Origin: Lama glama
Lineage: Eukaryota
Reading direction: 5' to 3'
Length of the DNA: 64,000 nucleotides
Assembly (NCBI GenBank): GCA_028534125.1
Contig: CM052823.1
Span: 1,116,001-1,180,000 of the forward strand
Position numbers and translations under genes: made by a program
The notes under the pieces: generated by a model
Database searches by the model: none
What the model was told of the DNA's origin: nothing
The model's input: the letters and a program-made list of their open reading frames with translations, nothing else
Shown: piece after piece, positions 26,411 to 37,879 of the stretch
Position numbering within the stretch: position 1 is the first letter of the stretch
How the letters are laid out: the number at the start of each line of letters is the position of its first letter

Positions 26411-28001
26411 GTCGCTTTTTCCTGCAAATCCAGCGCACTCTGCGTGTCGCTGGCCACCTTTTGGGTCTGTCCCGCGTGGGTGAGTGTCGCCATGGTCTGC
26501 GCCTCGGAACGTGCGGTGCCTGCTCCAGTGTTTCTGTGTCTAAGCGTGTCTGCAAACGGCACGCGTGTCTCTGTAGCCGCGCGTGTGCATGATGTTGGGT
26601 GTGCGCGCTGTGCGCGGGGGAAGCGGAAGGAGGTGGCCCTGAGGGTGTGCGGGGGACCTGTTGTCAGCCAACCTGGCAGATGGGAACTTAGCTTCGGAAT
26701 TAATTGCCTGTTTGTCTCAGGCTGGGAGGTCGCCTCCCTTCTCCGGCGACCAGTTGCTCCCGCTCCAGTCCAACTCTTAAGAGTTGCCGTTATCCAAGGC
26801 GGCAGGCGGCTCCCGGTCCCAGCTCTGGGTCAGCCTGAAACCCGAGGTTGGGCTCAGCGGGCGCGGCCGCCCGGCTTCTCGTGACGCGAGCGCCCCCTTC
26901 TGGCTGTCGCTCACCCGCGGCCGCGAGGCTCTGGAGAGACCCGGCACCGCCGTCCGGGGCGAACAGGCGCGCCCGAGAGACTTAGGAGGAGCGAAGCCAG
27001 AGCAGAGGCGGCTGGCGGGCGCAGTCCAGGCGGAGACCCGGGCCAGCGGATCCTCGGCCGCAGTGAGACCCTCACCCAGATTCGAGCAGCTCCCCGCCGC
27101 TCCTGAGCCCCTCAAAGCGATCCCTTCTTTATGTTTTGCCCACCCTCCCTTTCACTAGGAAGGTCCTCTCCACACACGCAGCACCTCTCCAAAAAGAGAG
27201 GACTGGGGGTGATCCTCCCGTCTTGGCTTTCCGAGTCGTTTATGGCATGCAGCGTGCGTCGGGGTAGCAAAAAGTGGGCAGAGGCTCCCCCCACTCTCAC
27301 TCCACGATCCCACATCTTCCAGACCCTTTCCACCCGGCCCGGGGGCCGGAAGCTCTTCGCCTTTCCTACCTCACCTCAGCTTCCTAAAGGAAAACGGGCG
27401 TCAGCCCCCATCTGGATCTCAGTACCGCGGGACACCACAGCCCCCGCCCTTCAACTGCTCTGGGACTCACCCACACAATTTCCCACTTGCACCCCTAGAA
27501 ACACATTGGCGCCAGGAGCCGGGGTCCTATGCCCCGGGCCGGCCACACCCGCAACTTCGTTGGTCCGCACCGCTGAGACACTACAGGAAGCACACGCTCA
27601 CACCCGACACCCCAATTCCTGGAGGCGGCCGGGACACAGCCCTGCAGAACCTAGAGGTGCAGGCGGGACTCGAACACCTCAGGACTCAGGATCAGCCAGG
27701 AGGCCCCAGACCCCCTGCCTCGCCCACCCCGGGAAGACGCGCGGTGGGACTCAGAGTCCCGGCGCTGCACTGTCCGCCCTAGCTGACGGTCCCCCGCTCA
27801 GGATGCAGCATTGAGGGGATAGCGAGATGGGGCAGCACTAACGGGGAAGTGCGGCAGCGAGTCCCCGACCCGGCCTGCGGGACGCGGCTCCGGACCTGCT
27901 GCCTCTTTTCCCGGCGCCGCACCCAGAGACGCAGGAGCCGCGCGGCAAAGTCGTGGGACAGCGCCTCTGTCGCCAGCCGGGTCTCGCCGCCCGGCCCTCA
28001 C

Positions 28002-28139
28002 CTTGGCTCGCCGCCGCAGGAGGTGGCTAGTGAAGCCCAGGATGATCTCCGAGTCCAAGCAGAGCGCCCCCATCTCCAGCAGGCTGGGCGCCTTGCGGGG
28101 CGCGCCGCGGGGCGGCTCGGGCGGCCCGGGCAGAGCCAT
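28002..28139 (-). CDS. KIF26A: Putative alternative first coding exon of KIF26A (MALPGPPEPPRGAPRKAPSLLEMGALCLDSEIILGFTSHLLRRRAK)
   Basis: ATG at 28139, 46 codons, ending at a consensus donor AAG|GTGAGG in phase 0, compatible with exon 2. The peptide is protein-like despite lying in a CpG island. Confidence 0.65.
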
Positions 28140-31069
28140 CGAGGAGCGGAGCGCGGGGAGCGGCGCCGAGCTCCTCCCGCCGCCGTCGCCGCCACCTCCC
28201 CGCCCGCGCGCTCACTGGCCGCGCGCCCGACGCCGCCGCGCCCCGCACGGCGCAGAGCCGCCCGCCAGGCCCCCAGTCCGCCGCGGCCCGCGCCCGCCGC
28301 CCCTGCGCTCGCTCTGCGCCGCGCGCCCCCGCGCTCCGGCCCCGCCCGCCCGCGCCGACAGCGCCCCCTCTGCCCGCGTGGCGAGCCAGACTCCCGGACA
28401 CGCGGACCTGAGGAGGAGGGGCGGGGGGCGAGGACCCCACCCGCCGTGGGGCGGAGGATGGGGGCCAGGACCTGACCTAGGTCCTCACCCGTCTGCCTCG
28501 CGCGCCTCCTACCGGGTGCTCCCTCCCGGAAGCACAGAGAGGGGGCTGCGACGCTGAGCGAGGTTCCGGGAAACCCCTGCAGATAGGGGACCTATCGCAG
28601 CATCTCCCCATCCAATCCGTCCTGGGGACTCTTGCGCCTTGGGGTCCCAGTCCCTGGAGAAGTATAGGCAGCCCAGTGACCTTGCGCTGCCCGCTCTGCT
28701 CATGCTCAGAGAGCCCCTGTCTGTAGCGCCTCCTTGGAAGCACCCCATCCCACACCCAGGCCTCGGCCTATCAACTCCCAGGGCCCACCCACCGGGACCC
28801 CAGAGCGCCTCCACTCAGGACCCGGATTCCACCGCCACCTGCAACCTTCTCTGCCTCTGACCCAGACCCCTCTAGCCGCTCCTGGAACTCCCTGCGGGCA
28901 GGAGGATCCCTGCTGTTCTCCAGACACGACCAAATTTCAGTGTCTGTGGCGCGGCGTTTGAGGAGGAGGGAGTGGGCTCTATCTGTATACAAACTCAGGC
29001 CTGGGCACCGCGCTCCTACTCGGCGCAGCCCCAGTCTTGCAGCCTAGCGGGCACCCTTTGGAGGCGCAGGCCCCGAGGTTGCACGACTGCCTGGGAAGGG
29101 TGGAGCCCAGAGACAGGATAGCCTAAATAGCCTAGGCCCAGGGGGAGGTCTTTGGTAATTAGGGGGGTGTATTAGGGACCACTGTGGGGGTGAGGGAGGA
29201 CCTTGAACAGCACCTGGAAAGTAAGCAAGCAAAGAAGGAAGACTGAAGCAGCGAGGACCTGGAGGTCACAGCGCTGGGCCCCTTCAGAGGTGCAGGCGCG
29301 CAGTTGCTATAACATCACAGCTGGGCTGGAGTCTAGGGCAGGACCAGCTCAGCAGGCCCCTCTGCCCCCTGGGAAGGACCATGGAATCTCCCTACGCCCC
29401 ACTCTTACGTGGGGTGGGTGACCCTCCTGCTCCCCAGGGTTCCTCCCCGGCACTCCAAGTGGCAGCTGGAAGACATTGTCTCCTCCTGCTTGCACCCAAC
29501 GGGCTCATCATAAACACCTTACCTGCAGGCCACAGGGCTGCCCATTCCCACCGCTCTGCCCCACCCAGAACTTCCGATCAAGAGGGACACCCTGGGAGGA
29601 GCTTCCTGCTTCCCTGTCCCCACATTCACCGCTGGCCTGGGTCAGCGATAAGGGCAAGCCATAAGGCGGGGTCAGAGTGCCCCCGCTGCACCCCCCAGAC
29701 CCCTTCTCTGGGCTCCAGGAAGCCACATTGGGAACGCCCGGCTCTCCTCCCTCCCCCATGGGCAGGCACTGGGGTGACTGTCCTGTCCCCCACCTCCTCC
29801 AAGACTCTGAGCCTGGGCAGGGGGGGCTCCCTCCAGTGGAGGAGGTCGCCGCCATCTCAGTGGATTGATTAAAGTCATCGTGCTTTTTTTTAACATTTAA
29901 TTTACCAAGCATGCCACGGCCAGTCAGAGCTGTCCCTGGGGAAATCTAGGCCAAGGGAGCAAAACAGAAAAACCCCGGCAATTGAGCAGGGCTGCGACAG
30001 GATTAATTGCTGGACTCAGCTTCCAATCAGACCCCATGTGGCCATATTTCAGGAAGGTAGGAGGACCCCCGGTGGAGTGGTCAGATTCCTGCATGAGGCA
30101 TGGGGAGCCCTGAGCCCCCATAACACCTCTCACCCTGACCCACTGGGGACATGGGAACATCCCCCCCCAGCTCCATATGCAGCCCACCTACAGCCAGGAA
30201 GGGGCCAAATCCTGTCAGCCAGCAATTTGAGACCTGAGAAGGCACCCTGACGTGCTCCCATGGTGCACTTTGGGGGAAATGAATACCTTGCAGCAGTCTC
30301 TGTGGTGATGGGAAACTGGAGCAGCAGGGAAATGAACAGCAAACCCTAACACCCGATCCTTGGCAACCGTGGACACAGGTGAAAAGCCAGGGCTCCTGGG
30401 AAGATACCCAGACACAGTGTGCAGCACGGTCAGGTTTGCATTTCTAAAGAACATTTATGCCCGTAAAGCCTGGATCTTTCCTGGGAGAGATGCAACAGAC
30501 AGGTAAGAGTTGTTATTTCTGGGGAGAGGAGAGAGTGGGTCCACTCTCTACCCCTCCATGTGGTTTTCACTTTTGCAGGGTTTTTAACCCCGAGTTTTCA
30601 CATTTCATAAAGACATCAGGAAGGGTTGGAATGCCTAAGTTGCCAGGGGTGAAATGTTCAAACTAGGACCACACTCAGCATGGAGCAGACCCTCCCTCCC
30701 CATCATGGGTGGAATGGGGGAGAGAAAGAAACATTACCCCTTCACCTTAAGGGGACTTGGGACCCTCCCAACTTCCCCAAGTGAGGTCAGCTCACCAAGC
30801 TTCTCGCTCAGCACCCCTCCAGGAGTCAGGGCTCATGTCTGGGGTGGAAGAAGGATGCTTTAGGAGGGAAGCCAGTGATGCCAGCCCAGCCATGTCCACG
30901 AGGAAAGCCCACCTCGGCTGAGGGCAGGGTCTCCTGGCCAGGCCACACCCCTCCTCCTCCTTACTTCTGAGAGCAGGTTTCAAGTGGAGAAAATATCGTA
31001 GTTAAGACAGTTCTCCCTCCTAGAGGGGCTGAGTGCTGGGGGAGGGCAGGTCCTATCTGTTGGGTTAGC

Positions 31070-31265
31070 AAACACTGGCATTTACCAGGGACAGGCTCTG
31101 CTTCTCCCACGCAAATATTTACTCCCTTAATTCTCACAACAACTCTAGGAGGCGGTGTGATTGTGATCCCCATCATACAGGTGAGGAAATGGTCCAGAAT
31201 GGTGAAGTAACTTGCCAGAATTCTTCCCAGGCAGTCTGGATCAAGAGTCTGGCTAGTAACCCCTT
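31070..31265 (-). mobile_element. MIR SINE
   Basis: TTAATTCTCACAACAACTCTAGGAGG...ATCCCCATCATACAGGTGAGGAAA...GTGAAGTAACTTGCC is the reverse MIR core. Confidence 0.85.
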
Positions 31266-32834
31266 CGCCCGCAGAGCCTGGCCTCAGTAGCGCAGCGGAG
31301 CTGGCGGGATGGGGCCTTGACCTGGGGTGCTCCCGGCCTGGGGTCAGAAGCAGGAGCAGAGGGTGATCAGCTCCTCCCACCCCCACAGTGGGCAGCAGGG
31401 TAAGAGTTTGTCAAGTAGAGAGAGGGAGAGAGGCCATCAGGGCCAGGGTAGAACAGAGACCCTCACTTGTCACTTGGCTAGCCCCTCCTGCCCTCTGCCC
31501 GGCACCCTCGCCCAGCACCCCACACTGGGAGGAGCCCCAAGGCCGGGAGCAAAGGGACCACCTCTGGCACCGTGGCTTCAGCACCTCGGCCAGCGCCAGT
31601 GCCGGTAGAGGGGCTTCTGAAGGGCAAGGGCCTGCCTTTCTGCCCTTTCTTCAAGTCAGGTAAGGATGGGACAGTGGATGAGGGGGGATCCTGGGTGTTG
31701 GGTCATCGCTCACTTGCTCATTCATTCACTCAATTCAATCACCCTGGAGTCATCCTGGACTCCTGCTTGCTCTCACCGCCCTTGCGTCCTATCCATCAAG
31801 ATTCCCTGTTCCCGTTCCCTTAACGGTATGTCCAGCCAGGCCACTGTTCATAGCCTGTGCTGCCCACACCCATCTCGCCCATCATGTTTATGGAAGTAAC
31901 CCCCAACTGGAGGCTCTGTGACCATTGCCACCCCTAGCATCTGGTCTCAACAGGCAGCCAAATGCTTTTTGTTGACAATTCCTGTGTGAATTCCCATTGC
32001 AGAAGGGCTCCTACCCTCCATCTCCTGCCTGGACACAGCCATCCTGGCCCCAGCCCGGATGTCTGCTCTGGTCTCCTCACTGGCTCCTAACTGTCTCCTC
32101 CCTCCCACCCTATCCAGAGCATGGCTGACTTGACCAGACCCACCCAGCCCAGCCCTGTGTCAGCTGGGTGGACCAGCCTGAGGATGCTTCCTGGCCCAGA
32201 TAGAAGAATTCCTGATCCATCTATGCCTTTCCAGCTCCTGAGAGGAAATGCACGTGGCACTGAGTGGCCTCCCCCAAACCCCATAACCAGTGCCCTCCCT
32301 GTGATGGGAGCACTCTGGCCCTCCAGCCCAACCTGCCTGAGTTCCCAGCCCTGGTAGAAATTCCAAGCCCTTCCGTGATGCCCCACTGAAAGTGGCAGTC
32401 CCTCAACCACTCTGCAAGGCCCCCACCTGAGTCTCCTCCTCTTTGGGCTCAGCTCCCGCTCCCACCCAAGGGGCCACCTGCCTTAACTTCATTTTCATCT
32501 TTGCCTTGACCTCTCCCTCATAGGCAGCCAACTCCAACTTCAGGTCACACTCGGATGCCACCTCTTCCAGGAAGGCAGGGTTAGTCCCCCAGTCCTGGTA
32601 CTCCGCCACACCTGACACATTCCTGTACCTCCGAGCACAGGCATCATTGACTACCGGGTATCAGTGAATGTTTAAGGAAGACAGGCAGCCAGTCAGGAAG
32701 GTTGACACGTAGCAGGAACAGAGCCCTCCTCCCTGACTCCCTGGGTTGACAAGGTCAGACAGGAGGAACAAGGGCTATGGCTAGCCAATCCCCTGCGTCC
32801 ACAGAGCCACATCTTGAATGGGGACACTCATTTG

Positions 32835-32851
32835 TGGCCACCAGATGGCGC
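32835..32851 (+). promoter_or_regulatory. Strong CTCF-like motif TGGCCACCAGATGGCGC
   Basis: Close match to the CTCF core TGGCCACCAG(G/A)(G/T)GGCGC, located intergenically. Confidence 0.7.
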
Positions 32852-33559
32852 AGCTTGGCCATAGTTTCTGCTAAAAGGAACACATGTAAGAGATGAGCTG
32901 TCTGGTTTCCATCTCATGCAGATGGGGAAACTGAGGCCCCGACAGGGCAGGGACTTGCCCTAGGCCCCTGAGAGTAAGAGGTGCACAAAGAGGTCTTGCT
33001 AGCCCCGAGGGCTCCCCAGCATCCCCATCACGTGTATCCCCATGTTGCCCCATCCCACCCCTGACTTCTTGCTCCCTCTCCCCATCCCTCGAAGGCCTTG
33101 GCTCAGCCTCCAGCTTCAGGGCAGGCAATGACCGGGGTGACGGGACACATGGTGGGCAAGGCCAGAAATGGGGCCCTGAGGGGCCCGTCTGGGTGAATCT
33201 CCCACATGAAACGGCCCCCTGCACCTCTCCAAGGCAGTGGCAGATTCCAGCTCAGCCCTGGATCACAGGGACCAGGGCTGGACATGAAGATGGCCTTATG
33301 AACACAGGCTCCGTGTGTGTGGCAGGGCGGATACAGCTCACACACGTGTGTATAGCATGATGTGTCACACAGAGTGAAGACAGCACGAGTGAATAAAGGT
33401 GGGGTGGTGGAGGGAGCCCGGGGTCCAGGCACAGCGCTGGCCACCTTGAGAGCAGCCGCACGCCTCCGGAGCGCCTCCCCTCAGCCCCACACTCCGCCTG
33501 GGCCTTGCTCTGGGCATTCCTCAGAGGGACAGGAGGCATGGAGCTCTATGAACTTAAGC

Positions 33560-33790
33560 AGAGCAGCAATTCAGATAACAGTATGTGAAGCACTGGGGAA
33601 ATAAAACAATGATAACAGAAATAAAATTCAAAAGAAGGACTGAAAGATAAAGTCAAGGAAATATCCCAGAAAGTGGAGGGAAAAGAAAGAGAAAAATTAG
33701 AGCAGGGAGAAAGCAAAAGTGACAGGATTAGAGCAGGAAGTTCAATGAACAACAGCAGTTCCAGGAAAAAAGAACAGAGAAGGTGCAGCT
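33560..33790 (+). mobile_element. Old L1/HAL1-like ORF1 fragment
   Basis: A-rich tract GAAAGATAAAGTCAAGGAAATATCCCAGAAAGT... typical of HAL1/L1M ORF1. Confidence 0.55.
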
Positions 33791-34390
33791 AAGGAAGGAA
33801 TGGGGAGGGGGGTATCCCAGAAGTAAGAGCTGGGGATTTAGTGCCTTCCACAGTGAAAGGAAGGACAGACGGGAGGAAGGAAGGGAGGGAGGGAGGGAAA
33901 CACCCATGGCCACAGCAGCATCACTCACAGCAGCTAAAGGTGGAAGCAACTCAAGTGCTCATCGACAGATGGATGGACAAGCAAACTGCGGCCCATTCAC
34001 ACAACGGAATATTGTCCAGCCTTAAAAAGGAAGGAAACTCTGACGCCTGCTACCCCACGGATGAACCCTGGAGACGTATAATCCATGAAATGAGCAAGTC
34101 ACAGAAGATGGAAGTACTTACTCCACTGACATGAGCTCGTTGGAGCAGACAAATTCCTAGAGACAGAAAGGACAGCGGCGGGTGTTGGGGAGCGGGGCGG
34201 GGTGGCGCTGTGTTTAATGCAGACAGAGTTTCAGGACTGCAAGACGGAAAAACGTTCTGGGAAAATGGTGCCGGGCACCACGACAGCAACAGAACTCTGC
34301 AGTCTTCTGGGGTTTGTTTTCTATCTTTTTTTTAAGGGAGTGTGCCGCTGTCTCTGCAACTTTGTTCAGGCGCCGGCAGAGCCCGGGGGA

Positions 34391-34440
<50 letters not shown>
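34391..34440. repeat. Perfect (CTG/CAG)16 trinucleotide microsatellite
   Basis: Uninterrupted gctgctgct... for 50 nt. Confidence 0.98.
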
Positions 34441-34509
34441 ATGACATACTGCCGGCGGTGTCTTTATATAAGTAAAAGAAGTTTATCCATATAGACAGAC
34501 AGATATATG

Positions 34510-34552
34510 ATCTATCTATCTATATTATATATATATATATATATACATACAT
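34510..34552. repeat. Compound (TCTA)n/(TA)n/(TACA)n microsatellite
   Basis: Directly visible in the sequence. Confidence 0.9.
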
Positions 34553-35149
34553 AATTTAAACCTTTGGAAGCTTTGTGCTGTCAACTTTGGAAAAAATACC
34601 CCCGTTGTACCATGTTGGGTGAGCAGTGTACAGAAATTAACAGCCATATTGGTCTAGACACATTAAGCAGGATTTTGTCCATTTGTACTGGGGTAATGCA
34701 CTGTATTAAATACGTAAGGTCTTATCTACATGGGTTTGATTACAGAAACTAGTAAAGTATTTTCTAAACAATGAAAAAAATGTTCTGGAGATGGATGGTG
34801 GTGATGGTTGCACAACACTGTGAGTATAATTAACACCACAGAACTGTATCCTTTAAAAGGGTTGAAATATTACATCTTATGTATTGTATATTTTCCCATA
34901 ATTAAAAAAAATGTTTTCAACATGCTGGGAGTGGTGTGTGTTCCCAACAACAAAAAAGGAATAAGCCTCATCATTGGCAAGGCAAAGGGTAAAGCACTCA
35001 CAAGGACTGCCTCATTTTGGGGGAAATAGAATACAACAGAATAAATGTTGAGCTGGTCCAGCCTAACAAGGCTACAAGCAATCCTCAGAAGGATCATGTG
35101 CTCTGTAAGTAGCTCCACCGTTCCTAGAACAAGGCTTACAACATCGGTA

Positions 35150-36550
35150 AGATACGAAATTACCCAGCACCCAAGAACGTGAAAGCCACAATGTTTGGCA
35201 GCCAATCGAAAATTACCAGGCACCCAAAGAAACAGAAAACTACATAACGAGGAGAAAAAGCAACCAATAGAAACAGACCCAGAAATGATGCAGATGATAA
35301 AATTAGTTGACAAGCACATGAACGTGATTGTTTCAAGTATATTTCAGCATATTCAAGAAGGTCTAGGAAATTGAATCACTGTGCTGTACACCAGAAACTA
35401 ACAACATTGTAAATAAAAATGTCTTTTAAATCTAAAGATGCTCAAATACATTAAGCAGAGATATGGACACTATAAAACAGACCCGATCAAACTTCCATAG
35501 ATGGAAGATCTGCCCAGGATGACAATTACATTGACAGAATTCGTAGCAAATTAGACCCTGCAGAAGAGGCAAGTCTTTAGCTAGAAACAGACACTTTCCA
35601 AAATGAAACAGAGGAAACAGGTCAGCAAACCACAAACAGAGCTCCAGGGAGCTTGGGGTCAACCTCAGATGGCCTAGTAGACACCACCTTCGGAAGCCGG
35701 AGAAGCAGAACAAACAAAACCTAAAGCAAACAGAAGAGAAACAACAGAGGTAAGAGGAGCAACAATGACACAGGAAAGAGTAGAGCATCAGGGACATTCA
35801 GGAGACCACAGGCTGGCTCTCGCAGAAGATCGGCAACAACGTCAATCTCTAGTCAGGCTCAGGAAACAGAAACCATCAACATTAAGAATGGGAGGTAGGA
35901 CAGACTCACAGACACAGTCAACAAACTCATGGTTACCAGCAGGGGAAGGGGGTGGGAAGGGACAAACTGGGAGTTCCAGGTTTGAGCATACTGACTACTG
36001 TATAGAAAATAGGTAAACGACAAGTTTCTACTGTACAGCTCAGGGAACTATATTCAGTACCTTGCAGAAACCTATACTGAAAAAGAATATGCAAACCAAT
36101 ACATGTTTTAAAAAAGTGGGAAGTGGGACACTGCTCTAGTTTCTACAGACACTAAAAGGATAACAATGGAGTGTTACGCATAACTTCATACCAACAAATC
36201 TGACAACTTAGGTTAAATAAACAAATTCCTTGAGAGACACAAACGGATAAAAGTCACCTGGGAAGAAATAGGTAACTTGAACAGTCCTATATCCGTGAAA
36301 GAGCATGCAGCTGAAAACCTCCCAACAAAGAAGACTTTGGGGGTGGGGAGGGCGGGGCTGGGGGAAGGGTGGAAGAAATCACGAAGAGCCAGGTCCGCCC
36401 TGTTGGCTGGTGGATTTACTTGGTACCTTGAGCACGGTGATGGTTTCACAGATGTATGTGTACGTCGAAAGTCATCAGAGTGTACACTGTAGATAAACTT
36501 TGAACAACTTACAGTATGTTCATTATACCTCTATAAACTGAAACAAATAA
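35150..36550 (+). mobile_element. Fragmented old L1M element (ORF1, ORF2 and 3' pieces) with nested younger L1 3' fragments
   Basis: L1-like tracts AAAATTACCAGGCAC, CAATAGAAACAGACCCAGAAATGA, AAACAAATTCCTTGAGAGACACAAAC, AACCTCCCAACAAAGAA and GGTGATGGTTTCACAGATGTA. Confidence 0.8.
35903..36111 (+). mobile_element. Younger laurasiatherian/cetartiodactyl-type L1 3'UTR fragment
   Basis: GACTCACAGACAC...AACAAACTCATGGTTACCAG...CTGTACAGCTCAGGGAACTATATTCAGTACCTTG...GAAAAAGAATATG; degenerate direct repeats at 35884-35902 and 36112-36130. Confidence 0.8.
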
Positions 36551-37271
36551 AGAAATAAGGAGAAGGGTGGTCCCTAGCAAACAGAGGGCTCAAGGGAAGC
36601 CTGCTGGGACACACGCCCTCCCGTCAGGGTCCCCACGGCCTCTAAGAGCCACAGCAGGTGTTCAGAGATCCAGTCCCAGCCGGCCCCGGAGCCCTCGGAG
36701 CGGACAGACCTGTTCTCCTACACGGGTCCCCAAGTCACCGAGAGTGTGAAGAGCATAGGGAACTGTCATCTGTCCCTCCTTTTCTCTGTGATGATTCTCA
36801 ACTGCAGAAGCACTTGGAATTAGACTCGCGGTAGCCTGGTGAGAGCCCTCAGCGGGGACTTGGGCAGGGGTGCTGGGGATGGAGGGTCTGTTCTGGGCTC
36901 ATGCTCCCCTGCGGATCGGAGGCTCAGGACATCGCCAAAAGCCACAGGTGCAGGGGTCTGTTTTCCCTCTCTTCCTCTAATTCCTTCTTCTTGCTGGGGT
37001 CTACTACGGAAGACACTAACAGCTTTCAGCCTCAGGCCCCAATCAGAGCCACTCAGGAACTCAGCAGAGGGGCAGACTCCCTGCCCATCCTGCGCCACGA
37101 AGCCTGGGCCTCAGTGATCTTCACTGACTCAGAACGCTGCTTTAGTTACTTTAATAGAGACCAAAATAACAGTGGCTTTAAACAGACAGAAGGTTCATTT
37201 CTCTTGTGGAAAAGACAAGCTGGTAAATGGTCCAAGGAGCTAAGGTGGCAGGACCCGCTAGCTGATCCAGG

Positions 37272-37386
37272 TAAGGTAAAACCAGCTGTCCCAGTCTGCC
37301 CAGGACAGAGAGGGTTCCCAGGACACAAGCCTTCTGGTGTGAAAACTGGGAAGTCCCAGGAAAACCTCAATGAGCTGGTCAGCCTC
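37272..37386. mobile_element. MER81-like hAT MITE, probably inserted in an MLT1-type LTR remnant (~37140-37620)
   Basis: TAAGGTAAAACCAGCTGTCCCAGTCTGCCCAGGAC...GAAAACTGGGAAGTCCCAGGAAAAC...GCTGGTCAGCCT matches the recalled MER81 layout. The flank AATAACAGTGGCTTTAAACAGACAGAAGGTTCATTTCTCT is MLT1-like. Confidence 0.65.
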
Positions 37387-37879
37387 ATCTAGGGATGTTC
37401 TGCCATGCCCGGGTGGCCCTCTATCTGCTTGGGCAGGCTGGGCTCAGCACCATGGTGGCCCGGTTCCACCCAGAAAGGGGACAGAGGACTAGGGGCCAGT
37501 GAGAAGTTGAAGCCACCTCTTCCATTCACCTCACAATGGCCAGAGCCCCACAGAAGCAGCCGAGGGGGCCACGGCCCAGCTGACACTATGGACCTTCAAG
37601 AGAAGGGATACTGGGACACTCACTGAGCCAGCAGAGGGGAGAGGTGGGGGAGGTGGGGAGGGGGCAGTGCGTGTCAGGAAAGACACCCAAAAGTAGGAGC
37701 TGTCTGTCCTTCAGGAAGCCCCAGGGACTGGGGGAGCCTGCAGTGAGACCCCACTCCATTGCTACCTGGGGTTTCCCCCCACCAGCCTCCCCACAAGGTA
37801 TGACAGGGTCCCTGGACAAGCTCCACCTCTGCTCCACGTCAGCGCTCCGGGAGTTTGGCTGCATCGTCTCCATGGCCCC

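Larger units (their letters stand above)
25200..28600. promoter_or_regulatory. CpG island / KIF26A promoter region with two GC-box-rich cores (~26000-26080 and ~28150-28450)
   Basis: Very high CpG density, clustered GGGGCGGGG boxes at 26020-26070, and (GGC)6 at 25975-25992. Boundaries are approximate. Confidence 0.85.
34261..34775 (+). pseudogene. Retroposed mRNA 3'UTR-like fragment, parent gene not identified
   Basis: Flanked by 13-bp direct repeats AAAAA(C/T)GTTCTGG at 34248-34260 and 34776-34788, with AGTAAA at 34751-34756 shortly before the A-run. Confidence 0.7.
33898..34912 (+). mobile_element. L1MB-like 3' end, interrupted by an insert at 34261-34775
   Basis: L1 3' motifs AAAGGTGGAAGCAACTCAAGTG and CAGCCTTAAAAAGGAAGGAAA; resumes with GTTCTGGAGATGGATGGTGGTGATGGTTGCACAACA and ends in an A-tail near 34910. 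Confidence 0.85.

Noticed and set aside
29200-31670. Spliced divergent lncRNA suggested by plus-strand donor-like sites (GT at 30503 and 31660)
   Set aside because: Isolated donor matches occur by chance, and no coherent exon chain could be built from sequence alone.
34202-34447. Poly-Ala and poly-Ser ORFs
   Set aside because: These are translations of the CTG microsatellite within repeat-derived sequence.
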